Shown here piece after piece: positions 27,915 to 33,265 of a stretch of 33,265 bases of DNA. Origin of the DNA: Bradyrhizobium sp. (GTDB lineage Bacteria > Pseudomonadota > Alphaproteobacteria > Rhizobiales > Xanthobacteraceae); NCBI GenBank assembly GCA_036513695.1, contig DATBYN010000219.1:1-33265 (forward strand), read 5' to 3'. A program made the position numbers and the translations under genes. Every line of letters begins with the position of its first letter. The first letter of the stretch is position 1. Below the pieces are notes generated by a model. It was not told the DNA's origin. It saw nothing but the letters and a program-made list of their open reading frames with translations, and did not search any database.

Positions 27915-28118
27915 TCAATATTCAACGGCGAGGCGTTTCCTGATTTCATCGACCCGCCTGTCGAGGGCATCGAACCTTGCGTGCAGGGCTCTGTCGTGAA
28001 GGTAGAATATGTACCCGCCGGCCAGAAATCCGAAAACCCAGTGATGCGTTTCCACATAGAGCAGCGCCTGCTCGATCGCGTGACCGACAGCAACTAAAAT
28101 GTCCCACAAGACGTCCAT
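27915..28118 (-). CDS. Small hypothetical membrane protein (67 aa)
   Basis: Hydrophobic WVFGFLAGGYIFYL then coiled-coil-like ARFDALDRRVDEIRKRL; GGGGA RBS. Confidence 0.55.
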   Translation of the reverse strand: MDVLWDILVAVGHAIEQALLYVETHHWVFGFLAGGYIFYLHDRALHARFDALDRRVDEIRKRLAVEY

Positions 28119-28387
28119 CGCATTCCCCGCTCAAAGCGCGAAGATTATCACGATCGCCAAGTAGCGTGTAGTGGACCGCAGCCATTCGCCATGGCAGCAA
28201 ATCAGTCGACCGTCGTTGGCGATCGCGCAAATTCCAGGATCGCCTGGTCTGAAGACAAGCGCTCGATCGCTGCGTAAGGCCGGAGCGAAACGGCCGCAGT
28301 GCAGGACACTGCGGCCGGTTGATGTGGGGGATCTTTCGGGTAGTCAGCTACGATCGGGCCAGGCTTTGCAGCGCCAGGCAATCGCGA

Positions 28388-28840
28388 TCAGTTGCAGACC
28401 TGGATGCGACGTATTCGCCAGCCGTAGGGCGTCCAGATCCGCCGCGCCACCAAATAGCAACCGCCGTCGTCGTAACCGTAACCGTCACCATAACCATAAC
28501 CGGCGTAGCCATAGGGGTAGTCGTATCCGCCGTAATAGCCATAGGGGGCAGCCGCAAGGCCGAGACCCAAACCGAGGCCGATGCCAAGTCCGGCTCCGCG
28601 AAAGCCACCGCCCCTGAAACCGCCGCCCCGGAAACCACCACCCCTAAAACCGCCACCGCGGAAACCACCGCCGCCGAAACCGTGACCGCCACCAAATCCA
28701 CGGGCTTGCGCGGGAGTGCTGGAGGCGCCCAGCAAAAGGGCCGAACTGCCGATGAAGCTAAAGGCATAGATGCAGAGCATCGCCATCAACGCCAAACTGC
28801 GCGTCAGGATGTTCCGAATGGTAGTACGATTGTGGGCCAT
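28388..28840 (-). CDS. Secreted Gly/Tyr-rich low-complexity protein with a C-terminal Cys pair
   Basis: Signal-like region ending PAQA, (GGGFR)5, GY-rich tract, CYLVARRIWTPYGWRIRRIQVCN; ATG 28840 with GGGAG RBS. Confidence 0.8.
   Translation of the reverse strand: MAHNRTTIRNILTRSLALMAMLCIYAFSFIGSSALLLGASSTPAQARGFGGGHGFGGGGFRGGGFRGGGFRGGGFRGGGFRGAGLGIGLGLGLGLAAAPYGYYGGYDYPYGYAGYGYGDGYGYDDGGCYLVARRIWTPYGWRIRRIQVCN
28598..28672 (-). repeat. 5 x 15-bp coding tandem repeat (GGGFR)
   Basis: Five units differing only at synonymous positions. Confidence 0.9.
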
Positions 28841-29000
28841 CGAAGTCTCACTCCCCTGTTCGCGCACCCGCTGATCGTTAACAAAAACTCAGGTTTAAGT
28901 CACGCGTTTGTCAATCACCTCAACGTCATCGCCGCGCCGATCGAAGCAACGGCGGGAGAACGACAGGGCGCTTCGCCCTGCCGCTCTTGGCCTGGAGTTA

Positions 29001-29336
29001 TCAGCGCATCTCCATCCTCATCGAGTGATGATGGTGGTGGTGATGATGATGGCGGCGGGGCGCAACGACGATCCGTCGCTCCCGGCGATAACTGTGGTGG
29101 TGGTGGTGATGATGATGACGATCGTTCTGGGCTACCTGGAAGCTCGTCCCGGCCTGGTCATAGGCTTCGTCAACGGCGTCGAGAGTGGCTTTGGCGTTCG
29201 GTATCGGATTTAGGAGATCCGCGTAGGATTGGGCGTTCAGCACCGCCGCCGGATCCGCCGGGGCTGCAGCCTGTGCACTGTTTAATGAAGCGAGCGCACC
29301 CACCGCGCCCAATAAGCCTGCGATCTTCTTGTCCAT
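29001..29336 (-). CDS. Secreted histidine-rich protein (His8 and His9 tracts)
   Basis: Signal peptide ending AQA, SYADLLNPIPNA, His tracts at 29094-29117 and 29025-29051; AGGAG RBS. Confidence 0.82.
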   Translation of the reverse strand: MDKKIAGLLGAVGALASLNSAQAAAPADPAAVLNAQSYADLLNPIPNAKATLDAVDEAYDQAGTSFQVAQNDRHHHHHHHHSYRRERRIVVAPRRHHHHHHHHHSMRMEMR

Positions 29337-29478
29337 GATTTGTTTCCACTCCTAGATTGACCGAACAGGCAACATTGCCGAAAAAGGTCAACGCAAGCTA
29401 ACTGCGCCGACCGCGGCTGGTTCCAAGCAAAAAGCCTGGACAGCGCTGCCCTTTTTCAAGCTCAAGAGCGAGACAAGC

Positions 29479-30861
29479 ATGGATTCCGTGTTCGAGACCG
29501 CCCCTGCCGCATCCGCCATTCCCATTACCTTCGCGACCAAAGCGACGTGGGAGGCGATCTGCGCTGACCTGCCGGCGCAGGCCCGGCAGTTCGCATTGGC
29601 GAATGGCTTTGCCGCCAAACCCGGGGCCTGCCTCACTTTGCCGGCGGCGGACGGCCAAATCGCCCAGATCATGTTCGGTCTGGAGGACGCGACCGCCAGA
29701 TACATCGATCCATTCAGACCCGGCCTGTTGCCCGGCCTGCTGCCGCCGGGGGTCTATCGTTTTGCCAACGCGCCGCACGACATGCGGCTGGCGGTGCTCG
29801 CCTTTGCGCTCGGCTCTTATCGCTTCAGCCGCTACCGCAAGGCGGATGCGCCCGGCGTCAGGCTGGTACCCCCCGATGGCATCGACGCTGCCGATATCGC
29901 CCGAATGGCGGAAGCCGCCTACCTTGCCCGCGATCTCATCAACACGCCGTCGAACGACATGGGACCGGAGGAACTGGCGCTGGCCGCGCAGGAACTCGCA
30001 AAGCGCTTCGGCGCCAATTTCAACTGCATCGTCGGCGACGAGCTGACGCGACAGAACTTTCCGCTGATCCACGCGGTCGGGAGGGCCTCGCCGCGCGCGC
30101 CCCGGCTGATCGATCTGAGCTGGGGCAATCCGGCTCACCCCAAGGTGACGCTGGTCGGCAAGGGTGTCTGCTTCGATACCGGCGGCCTCGACCTGAAACC
30201 ATCCGCCGGCATGCTGATCATGAAAAAGGACATGGGCGGCGCGGCCAACGTGCTGGCGCTGGCGCAGATGGTGATGGACGCCAAGCTCAAGATCCGGCTG
30301 CGGGTCCTGGTTCCCGCGGTCGAGAACGCGGTCGCCGGCAACGCCTTCCGCCCGCTCGACATCTTCCCCTCGCGCAAGGGTTTTAGCGTTGAAATCGGCA
30401 ACACCGACGCCGAAGGCCGGCTGGTGCTGGCCGACGCGCTGGCGCTGGCTTGCGAGGAAAAGCCGGATCTGCTGATCGATCTCGGGACCCTGACCGGCGC
30501 GGCGCGGGTGGCGCTGGGGCCGGATTTGCCACCGTTTTACACCAATGATGAGAGGCTGGCAGAAGACGTTGCCCGTTGCGCCAAACAGGAGAACGATCCG
30601 TTGTGGCGATTGCCGCTATGGCCGCCTTACGACGCCTGGCTGGATTCGAAGGTCGCCAACCTCAACAACGCGCCGTCTGGCACGTTTGCCGGCTCGATCA
30701 CCTGCGCGCTGTTCCTGCAGCGCTTCGTCGAGGATACGACGCGCTGGCTGCATGTCGATATCTACGGCTGGACGCCAACCGCAAAACCGGCGCGCCCGGA
30801 GGGCGGCGAATGCCAGGCCGCCCGCGCGATCTACAAACTATTGGGCCAGCGCTATGGATGA
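29479..30861 (+). CDS. Leucyl aminopeptidase family protein (M17)
   Basis: VGKGVCFDTGGLDLK, MKKDMGGAA, NTDAEGRL, TLTGA. Confidence 0.95.
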   Translation: MDSVFETAPAASAIPITFATKATWEAICADLPAQARQFALANGFAAKPGACLTLPAADGQIAQIMFGLEDATARYIDPFRPGLLPGLLPPGVYRFANAPHDMRLAVLAFALGSYRFSRYRKADAPGVRLVPPDGIDAADIARMAEAAYLARDLINTPSNDMGPEELALAAQELAKRFGANFNCIVGDELTRQNFPLIHAVGRASPRAPRLIDLSWGNPAHPKVTLVGKGVCFDTGGLDLKPSAGMLIMKKDMGGAANVLALAQMVMDAKLKIRLRVLVPAVENAVAGNAFRPLDIFPSRKGFSVEIGNTDAEGRLVLADALALACEEKPDLLIDLGTLTGAARVALGPDLPPFYTNDERLAEDVARCAKQENDPLWRLPLWPPYDAWLDSKVANLNNAPSGTFAGSITCALFLQRFVEDTTRWLHVDIYGWTPTAKPARPEGGECQAARAIYKLLGQRYG

Positions 30862-31699
30862 TCCGCGGCTGACACCGGCAAGGGGCGACCTCGCCGCGAA
30901 ATATCTGGAAGGCAAAGTCAAGGCCGAACGCTTTGTCGCCGGTGAAACCCTGGAGGTCACCGACGCGATCGTGCCGCTCCGCGAGCGGCCGTCCACTGAT
31001 GCCGCGCTGTCGACGCAGGCCCTTAAGGGTGAGCGCGTCACGGTCTATGACCGCAACGCCGAGGGTTGGGCCTGGGGACAACTTGACAGCGACGGCTATG
31101 TGGGCTGGCTTCCCGATTCCGGGCTGGCAAAGCCGGGCGCCGCGCCGACCCACAAGATCACCGCGATCAGGACATTTGCCTTTCCCGGTCCCTCGATCAA
31201 ACTGCCGCCGGTTGAGACACTTCCCATGGGCGCGATGGTCGTGGTCACGCGCGAAGACGGCGTGTTCGCCGTGACCCGCGAGGGCTGGTATTTGCCGAAG
31301 CCGCACGTCGCCGTCATCGACTACCGCGAGCCGGATTTCGTCACCGTCGCCGAACGCTTTGTCGGCACGCCCTATCTGTGGGGCGGCAAAAGCAGTTTTG
31401 GCATCGATTGTTCGGGCCTCGTGCAGATCGCGTTGAATGCGACGGGCACCCCCTGCCTGCGCGACAGCGACATGCAGCAGGACAGCCTCGGCCGACCGCT
31501 CTATGCGGCGGAGTCGGGGAAATTGCAGCGCGGCGACCTGATCTTCTGGAAAGGCCATGTCGCGATCGTCCGCGACGCCCTCACCATCGTTCACGCCAAT
31601 GCGCATCACATGGCGACCGTGATTGAAAATACCCAGGAGGCTATTGCGCGCATCAAGGGCGAGGGCATCGAGGTGGCCGCGATCAAAGGGCTGACCTAA
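30854..31699 (+). CDS. SH3 plus NlpC/P60 (C40) cell-wall peptidase
   Basis: PYLWGG, DCSGLV, GDLIFWKGHVAI, HAN; start re-set to ATG 30854. Confidence 0.93.
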   Translation: MDDPRLTPARGDLAAKYLEGKVKAERFVAGETLEVTDAIVPLRERPSTDAALSTQALKGERVTVYDRNAEGWAWGQLDSDGYVGWLPDSGLAKPGAAPTHKITAIRTFAFPGPSIKLPPVETLPMGAMVVVTREDGVFAVTREGWYLPKPHVAVIDYREPDFVTVAERFVGTPYLWGGKSSFGIDCSGLVQIALNATGTPCLRDSDMQQDSLGRPLYAAESGKLQRGDLIFWKGHVAIVRDALTIVHANAHHMATVIENTQEAIARIKGEGIEVAAIKGLT

Positions 31700-31718
31700 A
31701 TGTCGAGGGTCACCTCTT

Positions 31719-31842
31719 CACCTCTCCCATAGGGAGAGGTGAATTGCGAAGCAATTCGGGTGAGGGGTTAAGCTCCCTCGTTAGACCAGAACCCCTCACC
31801 CGGATCGCAAGAGCGATCCGATCTCTCCCTATGGGAGAGGTG
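31719..31842. repeat. Palindromic intergenic repeat (RIME/REPIN-like)
   Basis: Terminal palindromes CCTCTCCC-ata-GGGAGAGG and TCTCTCCC-tat-GGGAGAGG in inverted orientation, inner IR CGGGTGAGGGGTT/AACCCCTCACCCG, GCGAAGC/GCAA hairpins; between convergent genes. Confidence 0.85.
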
Positions 31843-31887
31843 CTACGGAGACCGTAGCGTGTTCCGGCCCCGAACTCAGGGATTGCT

Positions 31888-33265
31888 TTAAACCCCGGCA
31901 GCACCACCCGGTGCGGTTTCCAGCCGGAACGCGGCGGCGAACAGCGCGCGCGTGTAGTCGGTCTTCGGATTTTTGAACAGCTCCGAAGCCGGTCCCTCCT
32001 CCACCACCTTGCCGTCGCGCATCACGATCAGGTGGCTCGCCAATGAGGCGACCACGCGCAGATCATGCGAAATGAACATGTAGGTCAGGTCGCGCTTGCG
32101 CTGCAATTCGCGCAACAGATCGACCATTTGCGCCTGGAACAGCATGTCCAGCGCGCTGGTCGGCTCGTCCAGCACCACGAAATTCGGCTCCAGCACCGCG
32201 GCGCGGGCAATCGAGATGCGCTGGCGCTGGCCGCCGGAGAATTCATGCGGGTAGCGGAAGCGGGTTACCGGATCGAGGCCGACGTCTTTCAGCGCCTTGA
32301 TGACCCGCGCCTCGCGTTCCTCTCGCGACAACGAAGGCTGATGCACGCTGAGACCTTCGGCCACGATATCGCCGACCGACATCCGCGGCGAGAGCGCGCC
32401 GAACGGATCCTGGAACACGATCTGCATGTCGCGGCGGAACGGCCGCATCGCCTTGAACCGCAGGCCCTGGATATCGTGCCCTAGAAACACGATCGGGCCG
32501 TCGGACGAGATCAGCCGCAGCAGCGCCAGCCCGAGCGTGGTCTTGCCGGAGCCGGATTCGCCGACCACCCCGAGCGTCTCGCCCTTGCGCACCGACAGCG
32601 AAACGCCATCGACCGCCTTGATATGTCCGACCGTCGTGCGCAGCAGGCCACGCTTGACCGGAAACCAGACCTTCAGATCATCGGTCGATATCACGACCGG
32701 CGAATTCGGCCGCGGCGGCGCCGGGTCGGGCTTCGGCTCCGCCGCCAGCAACGCCTTGGTGTAGGGATGCTTCGGCGCGGTAAAAACCTGCTCCACCGGT
32801 CCCTGCTCGACGATCTTGCCGTCGTTCATGACGCAGACCACGTCCGCGATGCGGCGCACGATGCCGAGGTCATGGGTGATGAACAGCATGCTCATGCCGA
32901 GCCGCGTCCGGATCTCCGCCAACAGCGTCAGGATCTGCGCCTGCACCGTGACGTCGAGGGCGGTGGTCGGCTCATCGGCGATCAACAGATCGGGTTCGTT
33001 GGCGAGCGCCATTGCGATCATGACACGCTGGCGCTGGCCGCCGGACAATTGATGCGGATAGCTCCTGAGCCGGGTTTCCGGCGCGGGAATGCCCACTTGG
33101 GTGAGCAGTTCGAGGGTCCGCGCCCGCGCCTTCGCTCCGCTGATGGCGCTGTGCAGCTGCAGGATTTCGCCGATCTGGGACTCGATCGTATGCAGCGGAT
33201 TGAGCGACGTCATCGGCTCCTGGAAGATGATCGAGATGTCGTTGCCGCGAATGCCGCGGATTTCG
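31888..33265 (-). CDS. yejF: Peptide ABC transporter double-ATPase subunit, YejF-like (5' end outside window)
   Basis: Frame stays open to the window end ([18 protein letters not shown]); two cassettes, [12 protein letters not shown] and GESGSGKTT...[12 protein letters not shown]. Confidence 0.85.
   Translation of the reverse strand, partial: EIRGIRGNDISIIFQEPMTSLNPLHTIESQIGEILQLHSAISGAKARARTLELLTQVGIPAPETRLRSYPHQLSGGQRQRVMIAMALANEPDLLIADEPTTALDVTVQAQILTLLAEIRTRLGMSMLFITHDLGIVRRIADVVCVMNDGKIVEQGPVEQVFTAPKHPYTKALLAAEPKPDPAPPRPNSPVVISTDDLKVWFPVKRGLLRTTVGHIKAVDGVSLSVRKGETLGVVGESGSGKTTLGLALLRLISSDGPIVFLGHDIQGLRFKAMRPFRRDMQIVFQDPFGALSPRMSVGDIVAEGLSVHQPSLSREEREARVIKALKDVGLDPVTRFRYPHEFSGGQRQRISIARAAVLEPNFVVLDEPTSALDMLFQAQMVDLLRELQRKRDLTYMFISHDLRVVASLASHLIVMRDGKVVEEGPASELFKNPKTDYTRALFAAAFRLETAPGGAAGV

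Noticed and set aside
28598-28672. Tandem repeats as a CRISPR array
   Set aside because: 15-bp in-frame coding units, no spacers, no cas genes.
29001-29336. His-rich protein as a urease nickel chaperone (UreE/HypB-like)
   Set aside because: It has a signal peptide, lies about 28 kb from the ure genes and shows no UreE-like sequence; no link supportable.
28319-29338. 339-aa plus-strand ORF with TAAPET-like repeats
   Set aside because: Mirror of the Gly-rich and His-rich genes, which have signal peptides, RBSs and synonymous-only repeat variation on the minus strand.

Overview
High-GC alphaproteobacterial chromosome segment, Bradyrhizobium/Nitrobacteraceae-like by gene content and order. From the left: 5' end of the urease operon (ureD-ureA-ureB') fed by a sigma54/NtrC-type urea ABC transporter operon (urtABCDE); an RNA/cold-shock cluster (DEAD-box helicase, infA, csp); a complete Tad/Flp (Cpa) pilus locus with CtrA-like boxes; three small genes (one membrane, one Gly/Tyr-rich secreted, one poly-His secreted); M17 aminopeptidase, NlpC/P60, a palindromic intergenic repeat and a partial peptide ABC ATPase. 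The most interesting part is 12.2-18.1 kb, inside the Tad locus. The Flp pilin gene (absent from the ORF track) is divergent from a fatty-acid-hydroxylase/sterol-desaturase gene, next to two GT-C-like membrane glycosyltransferase genes, which suggests a pilus-modification system. One of them (GT87/DUF2029) is the only intact gene in a 3,084-bp unit bounded by 68-bp direct repeats of the desaturase 3' end. The rest of that unit is a diverged second desaturase/pilin promoter copy, an IS701 remnant and a deleted methyltransferase. Family calls come from motif recognition by eye; no searches were run.
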